NCBI GenBank assembly: GCA_964016885.1
Contig: OZ024745.1
Location: 101,742,001 to 101,806,000, forward strand
DNA from: Eledone cirrhosa
Lineage: Eukaryota
Direction: 5' to 3'
Length of the DNA: 64,000 bases
The notes under the pieces were generated by a model. That model worked only from the letters and a program-made list of their open reading frames with translations, was not told where the DNA came from and searched no databases. Position numbers and translations under genes: made by a program. Positions 11,587 to 24,238 of this stretch are shown here, in pieces; within the stretch, counting starts at the first letter, position 1, and every line of letters begins with the position of its first letter.

Positions 11587-11910
11587 AGGGTTAGGCAAAA
11601 GTTCTGCACCATAGGAATAATTTATTAAAAGTATAATTACGCATGAACATTTTATTTGTTATATGTGCTGTTCAAAATGTCCTCCTTCACACTTCAATTC
11701 TGTGCTTGCATGATTCATTAACATGTCAGAGAGTTTCCTCTATCATTTCACTGCATTCATATTTACTTATTTCTTTAAGTTGCTCAATATTTCTTGAGCA
11801 CTTCAGATAAACAACTGATTTCTATTGGCCCCACAGCAAAACATTTAAGGGTGTGAGGTCTGGTGACCTTCGTGGTCACTGAACAGGACCTGTTTGGTGC
11901 GCAACTTTTA
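11587..11910 (-). mobile_element. Internally deleted IS630/Tc1-mariner (maT/DD37D-like) element
   Basis: Minus *PRRSPDLTPLNVLLWGQ*KSVVY; imperfect TIRs AGGGTTAGGCAAAAGTTCTGCACC / GGTGCGCAACTTTTACCT; TA flanks. Confidence 0.7.
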
Positions 11911-11986
11911 CCTCGTTACATATATATAGTAATAGTAAATGTGAAGACTAAAATCTGAAGAGGGCTCGATAAGGATTATATATATA

Positions 11987-12026
<40 letters not shown>

Positions 12027-12030
12027 CATA

Positions 12031-12256
12031 TACAGTCCACACTGTAAGGTGGCCCTGTAAGAGGCACGGTAAAAAGAGGCTCCCAGTCCACACTGTAAAT
12101 GTGGTTGGTATTAGGAAGGGCATCCAGCTGTAAAAAAACCTGCCTGAGACACTTCCATACGAGCAAGACATGGTCTCCTGACCATTCCCGCATCAAATGG
12201 AACAAAACCGTCTAACCCATGCTAGCGTGGAAGATGGACGTTAAACAATGATGATT
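12031..12256 (+). mobile_element. RTE-related 3' UTR / SINE-like module with RTE tail
   Basis: TTGGTATTAGGAAGGGCATCCAGCTGTA...CCCATGCTAGCGTGGAAGATGGACGTTAAACAATGATGAT. Confidence 0.75.
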
Positions 12257-12994
12257 ATATATATATATATAAAATCCCGTAGACCAAATATTTATTATAA
12301 GAACATGATTAAAGTTTAAGCAAAGAATTGCTGCTTTCACCCTTAACGGGATCTTCTAAAACTGAAAAAAATCAATCTGTGGATGTAGAAGTAAATATTT
12401 CGAAAAACATTACAACCGAAGGAAAACTGGAAGATATGATGTTGGTTCGTGAAGACGTTCCCTGGCAATGGACGGGAAAAAGCGAGGATAATTACGTCAG
12501 TATGTGGAGCGAGAAAAAGAATTTCTTGCGTAGACAAAAACACATTTATGCTATAAAATAAATCATTAGCGTAAAATTCTATTTAGAATAACCGAATGAT
12601 TCTAGCTCTGGAGTTTGAGAATAATGTAAATAAAATTATTAAATGAACCTTAATGTTCTAATCATTGTTTATTCTTTGTTGTTTCATAATGTCGTCTCTA
12701 AGTCGATAAATTAAAGAAATTCAGAAGTTGGGAAAATATATACATATATATACACATATACACACTCTTTCATTTATTCAGAACAGGAATTTGGGACGTA
12801 TAGTCCAATGCAGAAAATACAAAAGAGAAGAGCTAAATGGCGTCATCTGTCAGAAAGTAACCTGGAAGAATCTTGGGGATCTCTAAATTATTTCAACCAC
12901 CTTCATAGAGGCCGCTTATCAATGGATGGTTTGTTCACTTTATAATCCTTCTTTTTATATTTCATTTTTGTTTTTCTGTTTTATAATAAAATGG

Positions 12995-13162
12995 AAAACT
13001 TAGTCTGTACCACACACTAATATCACTGAAAACTTAGTCTATACCACACTGATATCACTGAAAACTTAGTTTATACCACACTGATATCACTGAAAACTTA
13101 GTCTATACCACACACTGATATCACTGAAAACTTAGTTTATACCACACTGATATCACAGAAAA
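12995..13162. repeat. Minisatellite, ~32-34-bp unit, about 5 copies
   Basis: GAAAACTTAGTCTATACCACACTGATATCACT repeats. Confidence 0.9.
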
Positions 13163-13791
13163 CAATCTTTAATGTGATGTTCAAGAATTTAACATTAGTT
13201 ATATATGTTACAAATCTTCAGCAAACCCAACACCATTTTTTCAAATACAATTCTACTACAATACAATATATTATTCTTAATGTATTTGATTTCCTTTAGA
13301 AGTATCATTAAAGATCAAAGACTTAGCAACTGATTAATACTAATTAAATCTCTGTGAATTGAAATACAAAATATTTTCTTTTACTTCACATTTCTACTTA
13401 ATCAATTTTTGAATCCATATATAAATTAGACTTATTCATTTTATTTTAGTGCTAAATGTTATCCTATGTGCAGAAAATTGTTTTATATTTTGTTTTATTG
13501 GAACTAGTTATTTATCAGTGTCCCATGACTTTACATGTTAATGTCAAACCAATCATAAAGTGAATTTATTTTACATAATAGGAGATGCTGTAGATGAGTA
13601 TTTAATAGAAGATAAAATGCCTGTATTCCAATGTGAATCTCCAGTACCTCAGAACCAGCAAGGTGTGATGTTAAAAGCAAAGTAAGTTCTTTTTTGTTAT
13701 ATACATACATACACACACACACACATATAAATCATCATCATCATCATTACCATTTTAACGTCTGCTTCCCCTGCTAACAAGGGCTGGATGG

Positions 13792-13841
<50 letters not shown>

Positions 13842-13907
13842 TAGCTGGCCCACCCGGCTACCATTTACGTGTTCTACAGCTGCCATATATATATATATAT
13901 ATATATA

Positions 13908-14301
13908 TAAAATAAAGTTAAATAAAAGTCAAATGATTAAAATTTAGCTTCGTTTATTACTGCTATATATATTTCAGTGACAGCCATCTTTGGCTGTGAC
14001 CTCTTCAGGCAGTTTGAATTAGTATGGTATAGACAAGTACATATGTTGTTTAGGTGTATAATATTGTCAATACTCTGATATGCCCAGTTCCTTGTTGGGT
14101 TGTTAATTCACTGGGGAACTGGAGTCATAAGATGGCTGTCACTGAAATATATATAGCAGTAATAAACGAAGCTAAATTTTAATCATTTGACTTTTATTTA
14201 ACTTTATTTTACACTACTCCGGAGTAACCAAACCAACCTGCGCACTTTGTCGAGTGCTCCAGCCTGCATACTGAGGTGTTGGTATACAACCAACATAAAC
14301 T

Positions 14302-14305
<4 letters not shown>
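13908..14305. mobile_element. Fold-back PLE pLTR remnant with hammerhead
   Basis: Inverted arms ~13908-13990 / 14129-14211; hammerhead on minus; bulged-hairpin motif 14215-14256; (TA)n flanks. Confidence 0.75.
13959..14013 (-). ncRNA. Minimal type I hammerhead ribozyme (PLE-type)
   Basis: Minus: ACTGC CTGAAGA GGTCACAGCC-AAAGAT-GGCTGTCACT GAAA TATATATA GCAGT; palindromic TATATA in place of stem III. Confidence 0.85.
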
Positions 14306-14341
<36 letters not shown>

Positions 14342-14409
14342 GATGATATATATATATATAGCTGACGTACCTAGCTTCGCTTGGATAAACAGACGATAAG
14401 CCGTCTGTG

Positions 14410-15330
14410 TAGTATAGTATTACTGTTGAAAATATATAGTATAGTATAGTATTACTGTTGAAAATATATAGTACAGTATTACTGTTGAAAATATATAGTA
14501 CAATATCACTGTTGAAAATATATAGTATAGTATTACTGTTGAAAATATATGGTATAGTATTACTGTTGAAAATATGTAGTATAGTTTTACAGATGAAAAT
14601 ATATAGTACAGTATTACTGTTGAAAATATATAGTATAATATTACTGTTGAAAACATATAGTGTAGTATAGTATTACTGTTGAAAACATATAGTGTAGTAT
14701 AGTATTACTGTTGAAAATATATAGTATACTACAGTATTACTGTTGAAAATATATAGTACAGTATTACTGTTGAAAATATATAGTATAATATTACTGTTGA
14801 AAACATATAGTATTACCGTTGAAAATATATAGTATAGTATTACTGTTCAAAATATATAGTATAGTATTAATGCTGAAAATATATAGTACAGTATTACTGT
14901 TGAAAATATATAGTATAGTATAGTATTACTGTTGAAAATATATAGTATAGTATTACTGTTCAAGATATATAGTATAGTATAGTATTACTGCTGAAAATAT
15001 ATAGGACAGTATTACTGTTGAAAATATATAGTATAGTATAGGGCGGTGGATTGGCACTATCGGTAGAGGGTCGGACGCCATGCTTTCAAGCATAGTTACG
15101 TCCCTTTACGATCTGAGTTCAAATCCCGCCGAGGTTGACTTTGCCTTTCATCCTTACGGGGTCGATAAAATAAAGTACCAGTAATGCACTGGGTAATTGC
15201 TGGCCTTGTGCCTAAAGTAGAAACAAGTATTACTGTTGAAAATATATAGTATAGTATAGTATTACTGTTGAAAATATATAGTATAGTATGACTGTTGAAT
15301 ACATATAGTATAGTATAACTGTTGAAAATA
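14410..15330. repeat. Minisatellite (~27-32-bp unit), possibly carried by a Helitron-like element
   Basis: AGTATTACTGTTGAAAATATATAGTAT variants; left flank TAGCTG..CCTAGC-TTC-GCTTGG hairpin; right flank CAGA-type microsatellite. Confidence 0.9.
15041..15226 (+). mobile_element. Full-length SINE inserted in the minisatellite
   Basis: Near-identical to 587-777. Confidence 0.9.
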
Positions 15331-15682
15331 TGTACACGAATATATAATTATATATATATAAAATTAATTAAAAGTTGGTTTGAAGCGAAGTCAATACAGA
15401 CAGGCAGCCAGACAGAGATATTATAAGGGCGCAACGTTATAGCTATGTATCTATCTAAAAAGACTGAGTAAGAAAGAGAGAGGAATATCGTATTATATAT
15501 ATTATATATAATAAAGTACCAGTAATGTACTGGGATAATTGCTGGCCTTGTGCCAAAAGTAGAAACAATTGTACTTCTTCTTTATACAACTGTAAACATG
15601 TTTATGTATGTATATATACGTATAAAGGAATGCTGTAATAAAATGTACAAATTAAACTGTCTCTTATTTATGATACTAACAT

Positions 15683-15714
<32 letters not shown>

Positions 15715-15985
15715 ATTGAAAGATTGAAGAATAACATGGTCAACAGTACAAAAAAGGGTTTTATTTACAGTATTAACAATTGTTTCACTGATTAAGTTGT
15801 CTAAAAATTGCTGAACACTTGAAGCTGTGCCACTCAATTTTAAATATGATGTTAGCTTAACCAGATCATCACAAAGGACTGTTAAAAACATACTCAGCGT
15901 TTATGAATTCAAATTACAACATAATATGGTTGAATAATCTGGTTAAAATAATCTGGTTCAAAACATCTCCCTCCGAATATCTCAT

Positions 15986-16813
15986 TTGTCCGCTAATGAG
16001 CAGATATTCGACGAACATGCGCCTTATTACAACCAGGCCCTCAAGCGGAGCGGTTTCCGGGAGGAAATATCCTTTTATCCAGCTTCCCTTAGCGGAACCA
16101 GCAGGCGACACCACCGCTCACGCCACTTAACGTGGTTCAATCCTCCCCACAATACCGAGGTGGTAACACCTATCGGGAAAATCTTCTTTAGGCTCCTCGA
16201 AAAACACTTTCCACTACAACACCGCTACCACAAAATAATCAACAAAAACACTATCAAGCTCTCCTACAGCACCACACCCAACTTCGCACAAAACAGCGTC
16301 TCCTCAAACAACAAAAAACTCAACCCCTATGGAAGAAACAACCTAGACATTAGTGGAGAGCCGAACAGGAGGTGTAACTGCCCTGATAGATCTACGTGCC
16401 CCCTCAACAACAGATGCCGAGGACGTAACGTGATCTACCAGTGCAACGTGAGGACGGACACCTCCAACAAAGCTTATATAGGATTAACCGCTTGTGACTT
16501 TAAGACTGGGCTCTACCAACACCGACATACGTTCCGAAACCCGGTCCGGCGACATGCCACCACACTTTCAGGCCACATCTGGGACCTCCAAGATAATAAT
16601 ATAACTTACAATCTTACTTGGAGCTTACTGTCCAGAGCTAACTCTTACACGGGAGGACGCCGTCCGTGTAACTTATGCTCAGAGGAAACATTACAAATGC
16701 TGTTTACAAAGGATCAAATCCTAAACAAAAAAGATGAACTGGTAACTGCATACAAACACAGATTGCGGAAGACTTACCTCGCCCTCAAACCCCCTGACAA
16801 TCCGGATGGGTAG
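15986..16813 (+). CDS. PLE thumb/linker plus GIY-YIG endonuclease (partial)
   Basis: NVIYQC..AYIGLT..FKT..YQHRHTF..T.LS.HIW..CNLCSEE. Confidence 0.85.
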   Translation: MSANEQIFDEHAPYYNQALKRSGFREEISFYPASLSGTSRRHHRSRHLTWFNPPHNTEVVTPIGKIFFRLLEKHFPLQHRYHKIINKNTIKLSYSTTPNFAQNSVSSNNKKLNPYGRNNLDISGEPNRRCNCPDRSTCPLNNRCRGRNVIYQCNVRTDTSNKAYIGLTACDFKTGLYQHRHTFRNPVRRHATTLSGHIWDLQDNNITYNLTWSLLSRANSYTGGRRPCNLCSEETLQMLFTKDQILNKKDELVTAYKHRLRKTYLALKPPDNPDG

Positions 16814-17574
16814 ACAAGGGCTGAAACACCCCACTTGCCGAATAAGATAGGGGAAACCCCACCTTACATAGGTAGATGTACCTCTTTTCTTTTCCTCGAT
16901 ATTTTCTTCTTCCCTTTGTCTCCTCCATCCACCACTGATCTTCTTCCTCGTTCGTTTTTTTTTTTTCCCTTTTGCCTACCCTGAGGCAGCCCATTGGGCC
17001 TCTGTAGCCTCAGTACCCCCACCCCAGTAACTTGAAGAAAGCATTGGCCGATTACGCTATACTAACTATTCATAGCAGCTGTGTTAGACGCCAGAGATTT
17101 TGTATTACTTTTTACTACCCAATTCTACAATTTCAATAATTCTATTTAGTATCTTCTATTCTCAACTCATTCTATAGAATTGGCCGAAAAAGCAACACCA
17201 ACTAATATAGCAGCTGTTTTAGACTCTATAGTTTTTGTTTTATATCACTTCTTACTTTCCAATTATATATTTTTATATATCTTTCTCTTTTTTATTATTT
17301 TTTTTATTGTCTCCAAATCTCAATTGATTTACCCAATCTATAATGTCCCTCCTCTATTTTCTCCAGAAACCTTTTTTTCCCTACTTTCATACACATTCCT
17401 TAGAATTTGCCATATAGATTTCACCTTCAACGCTTGACCGGCTCCACCCACTCCCTCATCATTCTAAAGGCAAGTTCAGCCACCCCCACCTACCACCCAC
17501 TGCCATGATAGACTTATCTATGTTTGCAACAATTTTTGACCAATCCTCTTGACAACTACAATCTTCCCATATAA

Positions 17575-17686
17575 GGAAGTACCCCTTGAAAAGTTTGGCT
17601 ATTTATTTACCAGACTAAAAACTCTAATTTAGTCCAGAAATAGCCGTCGAAACGGCTTGAGCTCTGCCGTCGGGGTCATACTTTCT
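17575..17686 (+). ncRNA. Type I hammerhead with U3-A8 core variant and extended stem II
   Basis: ACCCC TTGAAAA G..GGCTATTT..GACTAAA/TTTAGTC..AAATAGCC..C GAAA CGGC-ttgagctct-GCCG TC GGGGT. Confidence 0.85.
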
Positions 17687-17843
17687 CCTGTTACCCACTC
17701 TACTACCCTAAGTATTGAGTACTCTGGTGCGTTATGGTCCATCTGGTTCCTTACCACAACTCCTTCGTTATATATGTATATATATATATATATACATCAT
17801 CATCATCTTTGTTTAACGTCCATCTTCCACGCTAGCATGGGTT

Positions 17844-17884
<41 letters not shown>

Positions 17885-17928
17885 TAAGCATCCAACACCA
17901 ATTATATGTATATATATATATATATATA

Positions 17929-18710
17929 AGTGAGACCTGGGCATTGTGTGCAGAGGATATACGCAGACTAGAGAGGAACGAAGCTTGCATGCTCCGCTGG
18001 ATGTGTAACAGTAATATACGTGAACGGCAAAGCATAAACGAACTAAGGAAAAAATTAGAGATAAGAGGGATCAGATGTTGTTTACTCGAGAGAAGGCTAC
18101 GTTGGTATGGACACGTGATGCGCATGAAAGTCGATAGCTGTATAACAAAGTGCAGGGCAATAAAGATAGACGGTAGTCACGGAATAGGCAGACCTAGAAA
18201 AATCTGGGACGAGCTGATAAACTCCGACATCACACACTTACACCTCTCCAAGACAATGTCACTGGACCGAGACCTTTGGCGGTACTCAGTAACAGAGAAG
18301 ACCCGCCTTACCTAAATATATATAGTAAAACCTACCCCAGCCAGTAGGCATCTCTAACAAAATACACCCCGTCCCACCACCACCACCCCCACCCCATCCA
18401 CACCACCCCGTTCTATGTAAAGTTATGTTGGTGCCGCGCCATCCAGGCCGAAACAAATGAGATCGTGTAGGTGTCACGACAAAAAAACACACAGTCCACG
18501 CTGTAATGTGGCCGTGTAGGCAACACGGTAAAAACCTCCCAGACCCACACTGTAAATGTGGTTGGTGTTAGGAAGGGCATCCAACTGTAGAAAACCTGCC
18601 AGACAGTCCTATGCGAGCAAGACAATCACTCTTGCCTCAAGTGGGACTACCCCCATCCAAACCCATGCAAGCGTGGAACACTGACGTTAAACGTTGATGA
18701 TGATGATGAT
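17929..18710 (+). mobile_element. RTE family A 3' fragment
   Basis: SETWALC..KTRLT, 3' UTR and (GAT)n; near-identical to 8500-9285. Confidence 0.95.
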
Positions 18711-21700
18711 ATCATCATCATCGTTTTACGTCCGCTTTTCCCTGCTTGCAAAGGGTGGGACGGGTCTTATTCAGCACAGCATCTCTCCACTTGTCACAGT
18801 CCTTCGTCATCTCCACCGTGAGCTTCAATGATCTGAGGTCTGTTCTCACCACCTCCCCCCATGTTTTTCGTGGTCTACATCTACCACGTCTTCCTTCAAC
18901 TGGCATTTCCTGGCACTTCTTCACCCATCAGTCATCCTCCATGCGTATCACATGTCCATACCACCGCAGTCTCCTCTCTCGCACACTACATTCTATCCCT
19001 CTCAGACACAGTTTCTCTCTCAACACATCCATGCTGGGTCATTCACGCACATTGACACTGCACATCCAACGGAGCATGCTTGCCTCATTTCTCTCCAGCC
19101 GCCTCGTATCCTCTGCAGTTGCTGCCCATGCAGCATTGTGCTACCATGCAGCATTGTGCTACCATGCAGCATTGTGCTCCTCACACAGGCATCATATAAC
19201 CGGCCTTTCGTACACAGGGAGAAACCCTTCTTCATCAGCAGAGGAAGCAGCTCCCTAAATTTCTTCCAACCTGTTCTTATTCTAGATACTATGGCCTCGG
19301 AACACCCCCTTCCCATGTTAATCTGATCTCCTAGGTACCGGAAGCTATCCACCACTTCTATAGCACCCACCTGCATTTGAAAAATGTGTCTATCAATGCT
19401 GCTTCTACTGTCTAATTTCCCTCTACATCTACTGCATACATATTTCTCCCTACATCTACTGCATACATATTTCTCCCTACCTATTATTTTGCCTGCTATC
19501 CCACTAGATCTATTGTGTACCCAGGATCTGCATTGTGTGCATTTTATAGAATTTATGCCAGTTCCTTTTCTGCATATCGAACATGGCCATTTCCCTGACG
19601 GAATCAGAGTTTTGTCCTCTTTTCTACTCATCAACACTTTTGTCTTAGCTAGGTTCACTCTCAGTCTTTGCTTCCAACTGCTGTTTCCATAGCCAGAATT
19701 TATTCTCTAGCTCCTCTACTGATTCTGTTATAAGAACCAAATCGTCAGCATAGAGATGTTCCCATGGACAGCCAGTCTTAAACTCCTCTGTTATGGCTTG
19801 CAGGACTATAATGAACAAGAGCGGGCTGAGGACGGAACCTTGATGTACTCCTACTTGTATCTGGAATTCCTCACTAAACTCCATTCCTACCCTGACTTTA
19901 CTGAGAGTACCTCTGTACAAAGTTTGCACTGTCCTCACAAGCCATTCCTCAACACCTAGCTTCCTTAGGGACCACCAGATGACAGATCGGGGTACCCTAT
20001 CAAAGGCCTTCTTTAGTCAACAAAGGCTAAGTATAGTGTCTTATTCTTCTTTAAGTACCTCTCTTGTAATTGTCTCACCAAGAAGAGGGCATCTGTTGTA
20101 CTTTTCCCAGGCACAAAACCAAACTGCATCTCATCTAGTTTGACCCTTTCTCTAATTAATTGTGCTAATATCCTTTCTGCCACTTTCATAACCTGATCCA
20201 TCAGTTTTATACCCCAATAATTGCTCCTCTCCAGAGCAGCCCCTTCACCTTTGTAGCAGTTTGAGAATACTGCTGCACCAGTCTTTGGGTATGACGCCAC
20301 CATATATATAGCCTGATTGATGATGCGTGCAACCAGTTTAGTGCCTATGTCCCCTGATGCCTTCAGCATCTCAGCAACTATCCCCGATGGTCCAGCAGCC
20401 TTACCATTTTTCATTTCCTTAATCGCCTCTTGGACCCTATATTCGTCAATCTCAATAGCTGGTCCCTCTATCATATCTACTGAGGGTAATTTCTCTCTCT
20501 CCCATTCGTTCTCCACATTCATTAGTCTCTCATAATGACATTTCCAGGCCTCCTTTTTCTGATCATTCGTGACATTAAGTACACCGGCATCATTCCAGAC
20601 ACATTTATCTCCAACAACATCCTTAATTGCATTGACACACTGCCTTGCAATGTGGAATACCTCACGCCTCTGATCTTCCCGTTGCAGAACATTGGGAAAC
20701 CTCCTACTCTCAGCCTCCCTGCGTGCTAAGTACACCAGACATCTAGCTTCTCTGTTAGCGGCTGTATATCCTTCTCTACTCCCACCCTTTTTCCAAGCCT
20801 TCCATGCTAGTCTTTTGTCTCTGATGGCCCTATCTACTGTGCTGTTCCACCACTAGGTCACTCTCTGTCTGGTTGGAGCTCTGCTCCAGCCACAAGTTTC
20901 ATCAGTAGCCTGCAGTAAATTGTCATGTAAGAAATTCCAGTTATTATCTGTCATACAACTCTAAATCGTCTTCTTTTTCATCATACACATTTTGAAGGGC
21001 TTTCCTAAATTTGTATTTTAGTGAAAGGTCTTTTAACTTCCAGACCTTTCTTCTTTACACCTTCCTGTATGTCTCATTCCATCTCTTGCTTACTGAGATA
21101 TCACTAACGACTAACCTATGCTGTGGGGTACATTCTTCCCCAGGGTATGCCTTGGTATTTGACACCATCTGCCTCTCCCGCTGCCTAACTAGTAAGTAGT
21201 GAATCTGGCTTATGTGCTTGCCTGATTTGTAGGTTATTAGGTGGTTGGCAGGTTTCTGGAAGTTAGTGTTGCAAATAGTCAGTGTACTTGCATCACAAAA
21301 TTCAAGAAGTCTCACTCCTTCTTCATTTCTTGAGCCGTAACCGTGCCCACCATGTACCCCAGTGTAACCATCCTGGAGCTGTCCAACATGACCATTGAAG
21401 TCCCATGCTAGCATAACGATGTCTCCGTTCATTGCAGTTGTTTGTAAAAGTTGCTCGTAAAAGCAGTCTTTCTCTTCTTTGCCTAGGCCTGCTTGGGGAG
21501 CATAGCCAGAGATGATTGTCAGTAGTCTCCTACCTACAACTAATCTAAGCTTAATTATTTGATTATTAACTCGAACTACCTCTATTGTCTTATTGATCCA
21601 TCTCTCAACCACAAAAATGCCTACTCCCTCTAACCCATCATCCTTACCTACCCAGAAAAGCTTATAGCTAAGATGTTTGCCTGCGACTAGTCTCGCAGAG

Positions 21701-22013
21701 GCATCTCACCTCTTGCACACATCCACATGCCTTCTCTCCAGCATCTCCTCTATTTCACCAGATCTACCTGTGAGAGTGCCAACATTAAGTGTTGCAACTC
21801 TGAGATGCGACGTCTTCATATTTTTGTTGTTCCTATATATTTGTTGTTGTGCTCATAATTGTTTTGGCATTGATACACTAGTTGGATGCCCTTCCTAACA
21901 CCAGTGCCACTTTACAGCATGGACTGGGTGCTTTTATTCGTGCCACCAGCACTAGAGACGATGTCTTACTGGACTCATGGGTCCTCTCTACCCCTCCATT
22001 TTACAGCATGGTC
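18711..22013 (-). pseudogene. RTE family B, near full length, disrupted
   Basis: APE (RVATLNVGTL, GYAPQ, DFNGHVG), RT (YADD), PHD-like finger; stops and frameshifts; 27-bp and 18-bp tandem duplications at ~19420-19480 and ~19127-19175; essentially no 3' UTR. Confidence 0.9.
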
Positions 22014-22344
22014 ATAACAAAAAAAAAAAAACACCACTTATTGACACTCATGGCACACACATACACACTCACTCATCCATACAAACACACATGCCACTCA
22101 CACATACACACACACATATATTACTGTCAGTACTGATACAAGATCATGCCAACTGTTGACCTTTACATTTCAATTTTTATATAATAATAATAATTGTTTG
22201 CTTTACAGCATAGAGCAACGGCCCTCCACGCTCTGGGCCCAAAATAAGGCACCAGCAATGTGCTGGGACAATCGCTGCCCCGTGCCAAGAACAGAATAGT
22301 TATTTAGTATTATAGTTGTTTTCATCTTCTTAAGGCCTGATCGC

Positions 22345-22670
22345 TGGTGATGGTGGTGGTGGTGGATGGTGTCAGTGATGGTGGTGGTGGTGGTGGATGG
22401 TATCTCTGATGGTGATGGCAGTTGTTGTTGTCATCGTTGTTGCTGCCGTTGTTGTTGTTCATTGCACTGCTGCTGCTGCAGACAATGGTGTTGTTGCTGT
22501 TGTTGTAGTCACTGTGTTGAAATTTTGAAATTTGGTCGCTTCGCATGTGTGATATATACACATACATATGTATATACACACATATATATATATATACATA
22601 CACACACATTCAACATAGACAATGGTGGTGGTGTTGTTGTTGTTGCAGTTGCTGTTGTTGTTGCTGCTGT
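22345..22670. repeat. (GGT/GTT/GCT)n trinucleotide microsatellites
   Basis: Visible low-complexity runs. Confidence 0.85.
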
Positions 22671-23104
22671 GTTGAAATATGATCGCATTCAACACAGGGA
22701 AAGGAGTTAGGAGTTTGTCAACAGGTCAGACATCTTAGTATAGATAGGGTAGTGTGGTGGTGGTGGTGGGGAGCGAGTGTAGACGTTATTGTGGTGGCGG
22801 GGGGGGGGGGCAGTGAGCTGTATCATAGTTCACTTGTCGCTTTTCCTTTCTTTTCAAAATTTGAATCCATGGCCATTTTGCAATGGGGGTCAAGTAAATG
22901 TAAAATGTAAAATTTAAATAGAGATTGCTCTGCAAAATTATATGGAAAATTTCTGTAGCTTCCACAGCTTTTGTCGGAACATTTCCCCGGAGTCCAATGA
23001 GCAAAAATTTTGTTGTATTTTGATCTCTTTCAGAATACAAAAATTAATAAAAACTTACCTCCACGAAAAACAATGTGTTGTCCGATCTATGAGCTCCCTA
23101 CATA

Positions 23105-23166
<62 letters not shown>

Positions 23167-23283
23167 TGTGTGTGTGTGTGAACAGTAAGGAGATAAATAC
23201 ACATAAATATATGTGTGCGATTATAGGGGATATAAAATCACCAGGGTGATGAACATTTCAACTATGGATAGAACGGTGAATAC

Positions 23284-23666
23284 ATCATCATCATCATCAT
23301 CATCATCAGGTTTAGCGTCCGTGTTCCACGCTTGCATGGGTTTGGACGGGGGTTTTCCCACTTGAGGCAAGAGTGGTTGTCTTGCTCGCATAGGACTGTC
23401 TGGCGGGTTTTCTACAGCTGGATGCCCTTCCTAACACCAACCACATTTACAGTGTGGGGCTGGGAGGTTTTTACCGTGTTGCCTACACGGCCACATTACA
23501 GCGTGGACTGTCTGGCGGGTTTTCTACAGCTGGATGCCCTTCCTAACACCAACCACATTTACAGTGTGGGGCTGGGAGGTTTTTACCGTGTTGCCTACAC
23601 GGCCACATTTACAGCGTGGACTGTGTGTTTTTTTTGTCGTGACACCTACACGATCTCATTTGTTTC
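23284..23666 (-). mobile_element. RTE-A 3' UTR-only insertion with 112-bp internal duplication
   Basis: (CAT)n tail; module starting GGACTGTC at 23393 repeated at 23505. Confidence 0.9.
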
Positions 23667-24238
23667 ATTTAATTAAAAGAATAAATCAAGCTCAACATTT
23701 TAATTTGACACACACACACACGCACATATATATATATATATATATATACCTACATACACGTATATTAATATATACACCTACATATATGTATATATATATA
23801 TATATATACACCTACATATATGTATATATATACACCTACATATATGTATATATATATATATATATACACCTACATATATGTATACAGATATGACTTTATC
23901 ATACACTTGGGCTGCTAGTGCACTTCTTACTATTACCACCACAAGCAATAATTCTATGCAAATTTGTATGTCCATTTCAGAATAATACTAAAAGCAAATG
24001 AGTCTATATAACCATCAAATACATGTTCCCTTGTGGTTGATTGGATGATATATACATCTTCTGATGAAGATCAATAAGATCCGAAAATTGTTTATCATTT
24101 TTTTCACTTTACAGGGACATTCATGTTTACTGGCATTTTTACATGCCTACATATTAGATATGTGTATATTTATACATGTTGGTGCAGTCTCAGTTATACA
24201 CTCTGTATTTATACAAATACGCTTTGGCTATACTTTAT

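Larger units (their letters stand above)
15958..17769 (+). mobile_element. Penelope-like element (Naiad-type), 5'-truncated, with pLTR
   Basis: ORF 15986-16813 with WFNPP, CxCx5Cx5C linker finger (CNCPDRSTCPLNNRC), VIY..YIG GIY-YIG and CNLC; pyrimidine-rich UTR; hammerhead; ends in (TA)n. Confidence 0.9.

Noticed and set aside
12328-12561. Possible piggyBac C-terminal Cys-rich remnant
   Set aside because: Most cysteines missing and several frameshifts needed
14410-15330. CRISPR-like regular repeats
   Set aside because: Head-to-tail units without unique spacers; eukaryotic minisatellite
15682-15957. Minus-strand ORF faintly resembling a plexin cytoplasmic segment
   Set aside because: Similarity too weak, frames broken, no clear splice sites
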